Origin: Candidatus Latescibacterota bacterium | GTDB lineage: Bacteria > Latescibacterota > UBA2968 > GCA-2709665 | Direction of reading: 5' to 3' | Assembly: GCA_965248435.1 (NCBI GenBank) | Contig: OZ252100.1 | Coordinates: 992,001 to 1,056,000 of the forward strand | Length of the DNA stretch: 64,000 nucleotides | Part shown: in pieces, positions 28,842 through 39,513 of the stretch | Position numbering within the stretch: position 1 is the first letter of the stretch | Layout: each line of letters starts with the position of its first letter | Translations under genes and position numbers: made by a program | Notes under the pieces: generated by a model | The model's database searches: none | Told to the model about the DNA's origin: nothing | Seen by the model: only the letters and a program-made list of their open reading frames with translations

Positions 28842-29394
28842 GTTTTTTTTAAAAGATGCGATCTTCATCAGAAAAAACTAATTCATCCACTACGAGCCAT
28901 TAAAGGCCATCCAGTGATTCGATTAACCATAGCCCATTACTTATGAAGCACAACTCTAAAAATGTTCATAAAACTGCACTTTGTCTTAGAATGTGCACAA
29001 AGAAAGGCGCAGATTGCTTAAAGCCAGCGTCTTAAGAATGAGGAACTACTAGGAGAGTGTATGTTATTGCTTGGGAATCTCTAGGCGCCCCCGGAGAATG
29101 AAGGAACATATGTAACAATTTCTGAAGCAGCTATTCATAGAGACCTAGAGCGCATAGATCATGGATTGAAGAAGAATGTTTGACCTATTGAAGAAACTAT
29201 TCAGCACATAGTGGGAATAAGAATCTCAACCAGCATATTGGAGAACGCAGAGCTTTCTAGTGTGGTCTCTATCCACCGAGAAAACCCTTGCATTTTGTGT
29301 CGCACACCGCGAATTTCTAACAAGAAAAATCTCCAATCCATCTAGTCCCTGATTCCTTAACCTTTGCCAATACAATCTGTACTATTATCCCCGC

Positions 29395-30807
29395 TTGGGA
29401 CACAGCCAAGGGAATCAACTAGTGAGGAATGCGATGTCTATGATTCAAGGTATTCTCAGTAAGGTTGGCAGTCTTTTTGGATTTAGAAAGCACGGTGACC
29501 GAACTTACTCGGCATCCGACGTGAAGAGAATCACACAAGACGTCTCCAACCTGAAGAAAAGATTGCTTGTAGGGCAAGCGAGGCAGGATCTACTTCGCTT
29601 GATGCAGATGGCCGACGAGGTAGAGGATCAAGCTGAAACCAAACTCAAAGCTCTTGAACAAAGGATTGATGAACTCCTTGCCTCTCTGAATGAAATATCT
29701 CAGGTCTATGGAGTAAGAGATGCAATCCACAGGGTCCTCTTTGATACGATCCGAAAGGTCCAGGTGGCTGGAATCGTGATGACCTTCTTCTTCGGTATCG
29801 TTGGAATGATACTCGCATTCCCGAATCTCAAAACCCTCTTCCAGAAGCCCTATCCAGGAATTGTCCCAAACTATCCTCAAGAACTCCGTCTCCAGAACTT
29901 GAGACGAGACCTTTCTGAAGGACTCTACGGAGATGTAATATCGAACGCGGGCTACATTGTCCGGGAAACTGATGAGGGCAGAATTAAGGGTCACGCCCTC
30001 TTTCATAGGGCAGTTGCGAGGATACTCCGGGAAGATACTGACCGTGAGAATCTGATGAATGAGATCGCAAAAATCGGATCAGAGGACGAATCCTTAGCAG
30101 CTTACAGACCTTTTCTCTATGCTGTTCTTCACCTAAAGCAATCTGAGCCAGACAAAGCGATGAACCTCCTAGCAGATGTTTTGAACAACCAGGATTACAA
30201 AGAGTACTGGTTTGACGCCAACTTCTACTACTTCCAGGCGCTTATGGATCAGGTTGATGTCTCAGCACCGGACAGTCAAATGATCCACAGGCTTGATGTA
30301 TATTTGAACCGGATCACCAAGAGTCCACCAAGGAAGGAAATTCTCAACCTGCTTGACGGAAAGCAGTACCAAGCAACCGAACTTGCCACAATGACTTCTC
30401 AATCCCTGAAGAATCTCGGACAACAAATCGATATTGAGCACCAAAACCTGCTCCTCGCCACTAGGCTCGGTGACGTGAAAGTGGCTATTCGATATAATCT
30501 GTTTAAATACCGGGGCAAGGCAACCGCCAATGTCATGGTTAAGCGGAGAGCAACCGCAATGCGTGAGCAACTCAAAGATTACTTCCCTGAGGTCTCGGTC
30601 AGCCTGGGCTCCATCACTAAGCAGGAGTTTGTAAAGCGGGGCTACGATTCCGATTACTACTACTGCTCCGATGGGTTAGGGGAGTATTTCTGGCGAGAGA
30701 AACTCAGCAATAGTGTTGATATTGATAGCTTCAGCAGGAATCAATTGCTCAGAAAGAGATACGGCAGCTACAACGTCGTCCTCATTTTGGCTAGAGAAGA
30801 GGGTTAA
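29395..30807 (+). CDS. Hypothetical membrane protein with coiled coil and TPR-like helices
   Basis: 470-aa ORF, single TM segment, helical repeats; true start is probably ATG 29434. Confidence 0.7.
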   Translation: MGHSQGNQLVRNAMSMIQGILSKVGSLFGFRKHGDRTYSASDVKRITQDVSNLKKRLLVGQARQDLLRLMQMADEVEDQAETKLKALEQRIDELLASLNEISQVYGVRDAIHRVLFDTIRKVQVAGIVMTFFFGIVGMILAFPNLKTLFQKPYPGIVPNYPQELRLQNLRRDLSEGLYGDVISNAGYIVRETDEGRIKGHALFHRAVARILREDTDRENLMNEIAKIGSEDESLAAYRPFLYAVLHLKQSEPDKAMNLLADVLNNQDYKEYWFDANFYYFQALMDQVDVSAPDSQMIHRLDVYLNRITKSPPRKEILNLLDGKQYQATELATMTSQSLKNLGQQIDIEHQNLLLATRLGDVKVAIRYNLFKYRGKATANVMVKRRATAMREQLKDYFPEVSVSLGSITKQEFVKRGYDSDYYYCSDGLGEYFWREKLSNSVDIDSFSRNQLLRKRYGSYNVVLILAREEG

Positions 30808-31018
30808 ATGATACGCCCGGTGCCTGCAACTTCATCCGTGTCATCTCATGTTCTATGGCCTCTCCACTCGGGCTCTCCCTTCAAATCTACCGTATACCCC
30901 ACCTCTTTTCAGTGCCCCCAGATAGATTCACTCTTGTTTTCACTGCACCCATGACCCCCTTGCTCTACCTCCCATTCAGCCCTACCCAGCCGCCCATCCC
31001 CTTTCTGCTACCCTTAAA

Positions 31019-31216
31019 CCATCAACTCTTTCCCCATTGAAAAGCCCCAGGGATCATCTCATATCCCCAGGGCTCTCCATCTATGTGGCCTATTCTTAGG
31101 CTAGGCTTCACATCTAGAACACGTAAGGTTCCCCTACGTATTTTGCCATTCTTCCTACAACTTCAGCCACCCTACATTACTAAGAACGTTCTCTTCCCCT
31201 GTTCTCTCTGTTACCT
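31019..31216. repeat. ~200-bp non-coding direct repeat, copy 2
   Basis: Colinear with 18681-18879; contains the minus-strand terminator GCCCTGGGGAT...ATCCCTGGGGC TTTT. Confidence 0.85.
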
Positions 31217-31359
31217 GCTTCTTAGCCGTCTCAGTAAGTGCCCCTTTCTTGATCCCTAGTTTTCTTCTTGTTTTCTCATTTGAGCTAGAACTCGGTCGAC
31301 TCGCCTCCGTCTGTTAGTTGGGGTTGTTCGTGGGCGGGCGTAGACGGCTGCTCTCATCC

Positions 31360-32022
31360 TCAATCCAGGAAACCACTCTCTACAGCATAGGCACGGCCAG
31401 ACTTAGTCAGTTTGTAGATAGCACCGTGCTCAGGCGTAACAATAGTCGCACTCACGTAATCCATATCCCGAAGTTGGTCGAGCAAGTATCGACACTTCTC
31501 TTCGTGTCTGATTCTACAAGCATTCTGAATGGCACGCAGGGAGTAGAAACTAAACGCATATTCTACGTCCATCCCCGTTGGCTTTGGCAAGTCATCCCCG
31601 ACCGTCGCCAGGTACTCGACTATTTCATCATGCTCGAAAGACGGCTCAAGATCTTCCTCATCCAGCTCATCCTCGCCCCCGTCCTCCGCGTCATCCCTAA
31701 CTCCTTGCTCAGAATCGTCCTGACCACTCTCAAGTTCCGGACTCGGGTTCGCTGTCTCCTCGATGGACTCAGGTGTTTGGGAAGAAGGTGGTCCTTGAAT
31801 AATCGTTGCGTCTCCAGCCACCTGAATGTTGCCCTTACCGCTCTGGGACTGAGATGAGTCCATCTGAGAAATGCTCTGCTGAGAGTCGCTCTCTTTCTTC
31901 CAAGGTGGCCAGAACCATTTAACTGCCCCGCCGATAAGACCAAGAGCAGCAAGAATCACGGCCAAGAGCGATATCCATTCCTTTGGCGTCAGGTCGTACA
32001 GCATCACATATCCACACTGCAT
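31360..32022 (-). CDS. Hypothetical protein: N-terminal TM, acidic linker, winged-helix-like C-terminus
   Basis: Hydrophobic N-terminus; YLLDQLRDMDYV..YKLTKSGRAYAVE. Confidence 0.65.
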   Translation of the reverse strand: MQCGYVMLYDLTPKEWISLLAVILAALGLIGGAVKWFWPPWKKESDSQQSISQMDSSQSQSGKGNIQVAGDATIIQGPPSSQTPESIEETANPSPELESGQDDSEQGVRDDAEDGGEDELDEEDLEPSFEHDEIVEYLATVGDDLPKPTGMDVEYAFSFYSLRAIQNACRIRHEEKCRYLLDQLRDMDYVSATIVTPEHGAIYKLTKSGRAYAVESGFLD

Positions 32023-32700
32023 CGAAGACCCTGACGTCGTTCATCAAGCCTTGATTCCTTCATTCCGATTGCCTACATTTCTCGGTCGTGAGCGCGATGA
32101 GTGGTCGTCGCAGAGAAGCACTCCGAAAATCGAGATGGAAAAACCGTTGGCCTACGCCGGCGGTTTTCTCGTTGTAAGGAGAGGTTGGTAATCAGGATTC
32201 CTCATCACTAAGGTCGTTGTAGCTGACGACCGCGTCATCGGCTCCCTTTGCCTTTCTCGATCCGTTCGGCTTCTAGCCCTCTCTGTCGATCTGCTACCGG
32301 ACGGGATTCGGGCGGCTGTTTTTACGGCTGTCCCGGTTCATCGGGAGCCCATCCCGGAACCCCATACCGTGGTGCATCGAATGAGATCTTGGATGCTGGA
32401 ATCCCTCTCTCTTCCAGGAGCTCCCTGACGTGATCTCGCTCACTCGGGCCAAACGGACCGATGTGATGGACTCGCGCATCTCGAGATCCGATCACGTTGA
32501 AGTTTGAGAGCTTGTCGTAGAACTCAGGACACGACGGGAACACTTGGATATAGTATTGTTGCCTAGCCATCATCTCGCTGCTGGTGTCTGTTAAGGAGCT
32601 TGCTAACCGCTCCCTTCAGGCTCTGCCTTTCTTTCAGGACATGATCAATTCGGTCAGCCAGGTCGATCAGCACTTCCCGTGAGTGCGCGCCGTGTTGCCT

Positions 32701-33378
32701 TTAATCCTCCTGATCCTCCTTCATATGGTAGTCATGACCGAACCATTTATCTGTTTCCAGCGATTTGGATCTGGCTGACTGTTCTATACGCAGCAGGCAT
32801 TCATAAAGCATATCGAACCCTATAGTTGGAACCGGCTCTCCTTGGAAAGTAGTTTCATCGAAGGAAATGCCCTGTGGCCCTCCCAAACCGTGGATAAAAG
32901 AGGACCGGATGGAAGCATATGTGAAAGCCGCCAGAGTGCCTCTCCACACATTCCGAGAGAACCACTCACGTTCATGGGCAGTATGGTGTGGAGCCGTCAT
33001 CTGGCCGATTCCCTCTTCCGAGTACAGGCGACCTTTTGCGTTCTCCAAAAGCGTCCGAGTTTTCCTCAATATCGCTTGGACTCGCTTCCCTCGCCTGCCG
33101 GACAGATAGTCGAGAAGCATCTGGGGATGCACCTGCGTAAGCACTTTACACTCGCCATACTCCTTGATTAGCCGGACGAAGTTATAGTTGGAACGATCGT
33201 CTGTCCAATACATCTGATTCGCGAGACCGTCAATGTAAGAACAGCATAGGAGCAGAGCTTCGTGATCGTGGCCTGACTCACGAAGTTCCACACAGAACTC
33301 GATTCGCGCTTCCAGGTCGTCGAAATAGCTCTCGATGATTCTGTGCTTGGCCTGCGTGTTAGTATCCTCATTAGCCAT
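32701..33378 (-). CDS. Hypothetical protein, HEPN-like
   Basis: LLLCCSYIDGLA helix and Rx4H motif RSSFIH. Confidence 0.55.
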   Translation of the reverse strand: MANEDTNTQAKHRIIESYFDDLEARIEFCVELRESGHDHEALLLCCSYIDGLANQMYWTDDRSNYNFVRLIKEYGECKVLTQVHPQMLLDYLSGRRGKRVQAILRKTRTLLENAKGRLYSEEGIGQMTAPHHTAHEREWFSRNVWRGTLAAFTYASIRSSFIHGLGGPQGISFDETTFQGEPVPTIGFDMLYECLLRIEQSARSKSLETDKWFGHDYHMKEDQED

Positions 33379-33844
33379 TATCCATCTCCAGAACGATGCA
33401 ACGGCAACATGGCTCGCAAGTTGCCGAAGCGCTTCAGCATCCAGAATATAGTCAAAAACCTCCCGATCGGGGAGGCTCCATACTTACAGCCAGTTTGTCC
33501 AAACATGAGGCTATAGCCAGCTGGATTCCCTTGCGTAGATGAAGGCCTTCTTCGTCTGGTCCATCGTTTGGTCACCTTTGGAATGAAATCGCGTAAGTGT
33601 CCTGGATTTGGTTATAAACGGTATTGAATCGAGGTGCTTGACCCCCACTACACAACTTTGGTCGATTCCCTCAATTTTTGAGCGCCTCTACAGTCAGGTG
33701 ATCGAGTGCTTGACTTTTGATGGAATTTTCGTATTGAAGGCCTGCAACAAAGTTTAACTCTTAGTCCGAGACACGTTTTGGGTAATCAAAAGGCCAGCCC
33801 TTGCAAAACGAGCTGGCCAAACGGTGCCGAACACCATTTCTCTA

Positions 33845-33888
33845 TGAAAAGGCCCCAGGGATCATCCAAATCCCCAGGGCTATTTTCA
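33845..33888 (-). terminator. Terminator; third copy of the hairpin found inside the 200-bp repeat
   Basis: GCCCCAGGGATCATC..ATCCCCAGGGCT, flanked by TGAAAA and TTTTCA, 27 bp after the 33915 stop. Confidence 0.7.
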
Positions 33889-33914
33889 TCGATTCTATCA
33901 CTGCCGCTTGAATG

Positions 33915-34487
33915 CTAGCGACCAGGATAATAGGTCTTGAATGGTAGCAATGCTTTCGTATTTCTGCTTATGCCCGCCAGTTCGTGATTCGTGACTATCG
34001 TTAGCTTCAGTATTCCTCTTCCTTCTATCCTCCTCACAGATATTGCCCAGCTTCTGTCATCTACTTTCTCAGCGTGCACCTCTCCTTTTCCTTCATTAAA
34101 TACATAGTCTTGATCAATTTCTGTGATTTCACCAGGAAAGCCCTTCTTCATTTCCAGTCTGATTCTGGGGCTCATTTCTACATCTTTCTCAGTACTGAGA
34201 GCTTTAATAAACACTTCCAACTTCTGATTGTCATACGTAGTCTCGGTTAGATTGATTATGAACAGATCAACCGACACTTTCTCCCCAGAAGCGTTGTAGG
34301 GTTCGAAGACACAGTAGAGAGGATAATTCGACGCCTCTTGTCTGAGGCCAAGCAATTCGAAAATCGCCGGCTTGAAAACAATGACCGTCAAGAAAAGAAT
34401 GAGGGCGGTCATGATGTTTGCCAAGACTGGCGTGAGAATGTTCCTTTTGACGTCCCATCCTCTGAACATACTGTGGAGTTTGCCCAT
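33915..34487 (-). CDS. Hypothetical membrane-anchored protein
   Basis: 190-aa ORF with an N-terminal TM segment. Confidence 0.65.
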   Translation of the reverse strand: MGKLHSMFRGWDVKRNILTPVLANIMTALILFLTVIVFKPAIFELLGLRQEASNYPLYCVFEPYNASGEKVSVDLFIINLTETTYDNQKLEVFIKALSTEKDVEMSPRIRLEMKKGFPGEITEIDQDYVFNEGKGEVHAEKVDDRSWAISVRRIEGRGILKLTIVTNHELAGISRNTKALLPFKTYYPGR

Positions 34488-34532
34488 ATGAATATCTCAG
34501 TAGTTTACTACTGATTTGCTGTGGAATCACCT

Positions 34533-35147
34533 CTACTGCGACAGTTGGGTAGTTATCTCATCCAACTTGCGTAATATCGCGTAAATTTGTCTCCTAATAG
34601 CGTCTATGTCTCCAGGAGTCACCTGATCGAATTTCTGATCAAGATTGATTCGTTCGACTTTCCCGATTTTCACACTTTTACCTCGATCACCAGATCCTGA
34701 GGATTTGTCCATTACCATAGGGTGGAGTATTCCACGGATTTGTGTCAGACCCGGGGGCCAGTCTACCCTTGCAGTGAAACGAGTGTCTACAGGATTTCCT
34801 GAGACGGTGAAGCAACGGACATATAGGTTGAAGTCTTTTCCCCGAGAACCCCATTTCGCCACCTTGCAACTCTCGCTGCTACCCCCGTAGGCAGTGACTT
34901 GGACACTCCCCCCCTCCTTGCCATTTCCCCCAAGCCCTGGGAACCGGACCCGATAGACACCGACACCCGTTCGAACGATCTTGGGATGTTCCCCGCACGA
35001 ATTGTACGAGTACGTAGAACTCGGAGTATAGCTCTTTTCTGTAGGCTTGTCCGCGAATACATAACCCAATCCTTTTCCTTCTTGCGCAAGCGCGAAAGTA
35101 GGTACGGCCCAAACCATTATAGTTGTGATGAGGAGTCGCATGCTCAT
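34533..35147 (-). CDS. Hypothetical secreted protein
   Basis: Signal peptide (ALA-Q); beta-rich domain VRTGVGVYRVRFPGLG...VQVTAYG...VRCF; GGAGG RBS. Confidence 0.7.
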   Translation of the reverse strand: MSMRLLITTIMVWAVPTFALAQEGKGLGYVFADKPTEKSYTPSSTYSYNSCGEHPKIVRTGVGVYRVRFPGLGGNGKEGGSVQVTAYGGSSESCKVAKWGSRGKDFNLYVRCFTVSGNPVDTRFTARVDWPPGLTQIRGILHPMVMDKSSGSGDRGKSVKIGKVERINLDQKFDQVTPGDIDAIRRQIYAILRKLDEITTQLSQ

Positions 35148-35309
35148 CTCTCACCTCCCTATTCTTCGCCTTAAGTCAAGGCTCTTGATGAAAGTCTGGG
35201 GGAAGCCCCGATCATTCTGTCGTATTCCCGCCCTCATTCTTGTATGACCCACGTCAAGATATTCTGATGAAAATTGCGGGTGTATTCTTGGCGGAAGCGG
35301 AAGTACTAT

Positions 35310-36185
35310 CTATCGATTCCGAAGGAGCAAGACAATTATGGAGAGGAGACGATGGAAGAGGAAATCGATTTGACTGGCCTGCTGAATCTTCGGCTTTGAG
35401 GTCTCTGAGTGCCTGATCTGAAATTGATTGCCTATGTCTGTAAGGTCTTGAGCTTCCTCTTCCAGTACTTGACGAAACATAGGCTCTGAAGCCGACTTGT
35501 TGAGTATCTTCATAAAGCTATCCTTCTTGTCTTTCCCAGGCTCGAGCGTCTTTAGACGTTCCCAAGCATCCCAGAGCTTCTCTATAGCCTCACGACGAAC
35601 GGCGACATCTGCATTGACGATTTTGCTGATGGCAGTTTCGAGCATTTCATCAAGTTCACTATCTCCGGCGCTAATGACTGTTTCCGTGACTAGCTCATGC
35701 AAACCCGGTGGTAGAAGACGCTCAACACACCCCTTCTCGCTCAGTTGAAAGGCAATACCATTACGGGCAAATATTCGGTTGACATCATCTCTGAAGGAAA
35801 GTTGACCGGCCTCTCGGTCAAAAGTCAGGTGATAGTGGTCATAGAACTTGTGGAATGATCTTTGGATGGGCTCAGCTACGTGAGAATAGCAGAATTCCAA
35901 TAGATCCAATACACCTAGCAGAGGAGGTCGTTCCTGGACATCGAGAGGCCAAAAGACATCCTGGATCTCAGCTTGCAGAGCCAAGCCTATAGTATTCGAG
36001 TCAGTGGCAATACATCCTGGCCTTTCAGGATCAGGACACTGCTCAGGGAAGTCAATTCCGAATGCTCCAGTGGAAACTCGACTTTGAACATTGGAGACGA
36101 TTCCACCCCACACCTGCTGAGATATCTCTTCAGTTATCCGAGGCCCCTGGCCCATTTCTCTGTCACTGAAGTAATTGTCTCGCAT
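35310..36185 (-). CDS. AbiJ-like protein (NTD4-type N-terminus, HEPN-like C-terminus)
   Basis: YFSDRE, LDLLEFCY, VNRIFARNGIAFQL, AIEKLWDAWERLKT, GNQFQIRHSE. Confidence 0.7.
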   Translation of the reverse strand: MRDNYFSDREMGQGPRITEEISQQVWGGIVSNVQSRVSTGAFGIDFPEQCPDPERPGCIATDSNTIGLALQAEIQDVFWPLDVQERPPLLGVLDLLEFCYSHVAEPIQRSFHKFYDHYHLTFDREAGQLSFRDDVNRIFARNGIAFQLSEKGCVERLLPPGLHELVTETVISAGDSELDEMLETAISKIVNADVAVRREAIEKLWDAWERLKTLEPGKDKKDSFMKILNKSASEPMFRQVLEEEAQDLTDIGNQFQIRHSETSKPKIQQASQIDFLFHRLLSIIVLLLRNR

Positions 36186-36633
36186 TGGTAGATAGAATTC
36201 TATAAAGGAACTTCTATGCTGTTACAAACGAAGCAATTTGAAACAGGAGCAGAACGATCAGTTCGGTACTCAGCATTATACCAGCATATCCCGGCGTCTG
36301 GCCTCAATGGGAGATTCTCTATCAGATACAATCCCTCAACGATTCAGTATTTGTCTAGCCCTTTCCTTATACTCGATGGGAATGGCCCAGCGAGTGCCTG
36401 AAAATGTGAGAGTTGGTGACTCAGTGGGAAGTCCTTGGTTAATCCAATTTGTGATAAACACCTCGTCTATAGCCTCCCAGGATCGATCAGTCTCGGAAAG
36501 GTAATGCTCCACATCCCACTCGCCGAACCAATCAGAAGGTTCCGCTAACCGCGCCCGCGAGTGCTAACGCTACCTCGCATCATAACGCAGAAAACCTACA
36601 AATGCTCATATAAACACCCCATCTCATTTGTTT

Positions 36634-37668
36634 CTAGCGAAGGAATGGGTCATTTAGGTTGTGATTCGCAAGATCTTCTTTGGAGTCCCCCTGAACAACG
36701 GCCTCTATGAACCACGCACCCCTTTCGAAAGCAAGTTCAAACTCAGCGAATACGTAGTGAGTATCCTGGATAACCCTTTCAAACACATAATGTCCATTGA
36801 TATCTGAACGCGTCGACAGCTCTAGGTGCCGTTCCATTAGAGCCCTGACTCGCCGATTATGCTCGGCTTTCACAACTGAAGCTTCAGCAGAAATCTTATC
36901 TGAGGTTATTCCAAGTCTCTCTGCGATTTGAGGAAGTCTTTTGCACTGTTCGTTCAGGGCGTCAAGGGAAAAAGGCTTTGATTCGATCTTGCTTGAGATT
37001 GTTCGCAAAGCAGATCCGTGCGTGTCATAGACACTCATAAGCATTGTGTACCAGGTGTCGTATACCTCTACTAGGTTTTCTTCAAATGACTTCAAGCGCG
37101 CATCTCTTCCGATCCCTGCCTTCTCTAGCGCTTCCAGCTTCAATAATGCGAGATCAGTACCCACCTTGGCACTGACCAGACCCGTCTCGAAGACCCACAA
37201 ACGGTCTCCACTCGCCACAAGGAAGTCACTCAAAGCGCCGAGCGCCTCATTCATCGCCTTTAGCTCAGCCCTCGCGGAATCGAGGGTACCCGACCAGTCA
37301 TTCAATACCAACGACATACGAGTCGCTGCTTCGTGCTTGGAGGTTTCCATTCCATCGTTAATCCGCTTACCTAACATTAGAACTTCAATACCTCCTAACG
37401 CTCTTGTCTCACCACTCTTCAGAAGGAGAAACACATCACCCGTAAGTATCTTGAGAAGTTTCCTTTCCGCCACTGCCCTATGTTCCGTATCGGGATACTC
37501 TTTTAGGAGTTTCCTATACAGTGAATCCGCATCGATGTAACTCCCATACTTGTAAGCAAGCCGGGCACTATTGGCAAGATCATCCTCGTTGGAGCACGAA
37601 ATGACCAAAAGAATCAGGAAAAGAGCGCAGTAGACAAAATTCTCCGTTCTCACCTTAGCTCCATACAC
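36634..37668 (-). CDS. Hypothetical lipoprotein with a TPR-like N-terminus and a long helical region
   Basis: LVISC lipobox-like; YRKLLKEYPDTE; TRSDINGHYVF. Confidence 0.65.
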   Translation of the reverse strand: MYGAKVRTENFVYCALFLILLVISCSNEDDLANSARLAYKYGSYIDADSLYRKLLKEYPDTEHRAVAERKLLKILTGDVFLLLKSGETRALGGIEVLMLGKRINDGMETSKHEAATRMSLVLNDWSGTLDSARAELKAMNEALGALSDFLVASGDRLWVFETGLVSAKVGTDLALLKLEALEKAGIGRDARLKSFEENLVEVYDTWYTMLMSVYDTHGSALRTISSKIESKPFSLDALNEQCKRLPQIAERLGITSDKISAEASVVKAEHNRRVRALMERHLELSTRSDINGHYVFERVIQDTHYVFAEFELAFERGAWFIEAVVQGDSKEDLANHNLNDPFLR

Positions 37669-37702
37669 CTTACTTTTCCACTATATCAGAAACCCCTATG
37701 GC

Positions 37703-38785
37703 TCACCCAGGACTCTGTCCAATAGCGTTCTCGGGAAAAGTGACGTTGAGGCGTAGATTCTTTTCACCAAATCTCCCTTCTCTTTTCCGAACAGGTAGCC
37801 ATCTTGGACCATCGGTGCCGTGAACGCTTTCCCAAATTGTGCGTATAATTTCGAAAGTGGAGTCTACAGCTTGATCAACAACCTCGTGTGAGACATCATG
37901 AAACATTGATTCCTTTACGTAACCACGTTCCGATCTTTGGGAGCCGGGCTCGCAGTGTATAATTGCATCCCGACGTAATTTGATGGAGCCAAATAGGACC
38001 GACATCGGTGGATTATTAGCATCCAGGTTGCACTCCTTAGCACCGATCGCGGGAGGAAGCTGAATTATTCTATTCTTCAATGCCTTCCTTGTATCGGTCA
38101 GTTTTCTGCGAAGCGGGGCTTCGATGTTTGGGTGCTCCATAATGTAGGCACGAGCAAGGCCGGACACAAAAGACTCGAGTAGATTGAAGCAAGTAACTAT
38201 AACTCCCCGTGCTAGTGACTGCCAATTCTCTGCAGCTGCGCCGACCCATTCGGGAGGCGGGATATTTTCGACCGATCTTATGAGATCTTGAGCATCTCTG
38301 AAAAGGTTGTAAATCAAGCTGAGATCTCGGGAAAGCATGTACTCTGGGTGCCGAATAGCAACGCCAAATCCTGGCTGCAACAATAACTCGCCATAAGGTG
38401 GAACCTCTACAAGCCTATGGGCAGTGAGTTTCCCTACGTTTGATTCAAACTCTTGTGCCGTGCTGAGTGTCAACGTATTGCAAAACGGCTCACTGGTCTG
38501 CATGCATTGATCAAACTTATCTGCAAGCCGGGCTGCCGCATTGAGGCGCTGTCTTTTTCCTTTCGCCTCCACAATACGATTCAGAGCATCGTAAAAATCG
38601 TAGCGGAGGTCGCCGACATACTTCCTCAGTCGCTTAAGTGTCATTTGACTACAATTTTCCACGCTAAGGTCAGTATGAGTAGGGATCTCACCTAACCAAA
38701 ATAGGCACAAGACCCACGCCTTCTTAAGAATAACACTTTCTGCTGCCAGCAAGTCTCTTCGCGTCTTCATATCCAGCCCAGCCAC
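37703..38785 (-). CDS. Hypothetical protein, HEPN-like
   Basis: CFNLLESFVSGL helix plus Rx4H motif RDAIIH. Confidence 0.6.
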   Translation of the reverse strand: MAGLDMKTRRDLLAAESVILKKAWVLCLFWLGEIPTHTDLSVENCSQMTLKRLRKYVGDLRYDFYDALNRIVEAKGKRQRLNAAARLADKFDQCMQTSEPFCNTLTLSTAQEFESNVGKLTAHRLVEVPPYGELLLQPGFGVAIRHPEYMLSRDLSLIYNLFRDAQDLIRSVENIPPPEWVGAAAENWQSLARGVIVTCFNLLESFVSGLARAYIMEHPNIEAPLRRKLTDTRKALKNRIIQLPPAIGAKECNLDANNPPMSVLFGSIKLRRDAIIHCEPGSQRSERGYVKESMFHDVSHEVVDQAVDSTFEIIRTIWESVHGTDGPRWLPVRKREGRFGEKNLRLNVTFPENAIGQSPG

Positions 38786-38853
38786 TCAGTGGATAGTCTA
38801 TAAAAGAACCTCCACCAGATTTCTAATTCACATCTTCCTTTCTCCCCGCAACT

Positions 38854-39513
38854 TCAACAGGTGTGATCTTGAGAGACCATATGAAACTCGAAGCCATATC
38901 TTGGGTTTAGTGTCGCATAGCGCCAAAGCACAAGATCAACCTCTGCGACATCATCGCCAGTCATCTCTCCGATTGTCATGCATAAATCCTGTGCTGAATC
39001 AAATCCAGCCGCCTCTGCGATCCTAACCATATGCCGATCAGGCTTGGCAACGGAAATTCCGATGTTCTTCAGAAGATGTAAACCGGTCACTGGACCTATG
39101 AATGGAAAGTTCTGAACGTAATCAAGACGATACTCCCACGTACGCTTCTTAACATTCTTAAATTTCTCATCTGCCACTTTTCCGATAATATCACAAATGG
39201 CGTTAATCTTGGCCAGGTGTCGAAAAATCTCAAGAGCTCTCTTTCGACAATCGTCTAAAACCGAGCATATCGCGCCGGCGCTACGCCACTCCAAAAAAGC
39301 GCAAGAGACACCGGGGAAAAGGCTACGAACTATGGCTTCGCGGAATCCGGAAGACAAAACAACCCATGCTGTCTCCCGGAGGAATTCGCTTTCCGTAAGG
39401 TCATCAAATGACCGTTCCGACTGCCAGTCTAGCTCCCAACCATAGCCCTGCTGAACAACGAATTCCTTGGCATCAAGGTATTTGTGCACTAGCAATTCCA
39501 GGCCTTCATCCAT
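38854..39513 (-). CDS. HhH-GPD-like DNA glycosylase family protein
   Basis: WVVLSSGF, FPFIGPVTGLHLLKNIG helix-hairpin-helix, KPDRH, VDLVLW. Confidence 0.7.
   Translation of the reverse strand: MDEGLELLVHKYLDAKEFVVQQGYGWELDWQSERSFDDLTESEFLRETAWVVLSSGFREAIVRSLFPGVSCAFLEWRSAGAICSVLDDCRKRALEIFRHLAKINAICDIIGKVADEKFKNVKKRTWEYRLDYVQNFPFIGPVTGLHLLKNIGISVAKPDRHMVRIAEAAGFDSAQDLCMTIGEMTGDDVAEVDLVLWRYATLNPRYGFEFHMVSQDHTC

Noticed and set aside
32040-33700. Short ORFs at 32322-32573 and 33378-33575 (similar fragments at 36190-36540)
   Set aside because: No recognisable motifs; probably decayed fragments, so not called.
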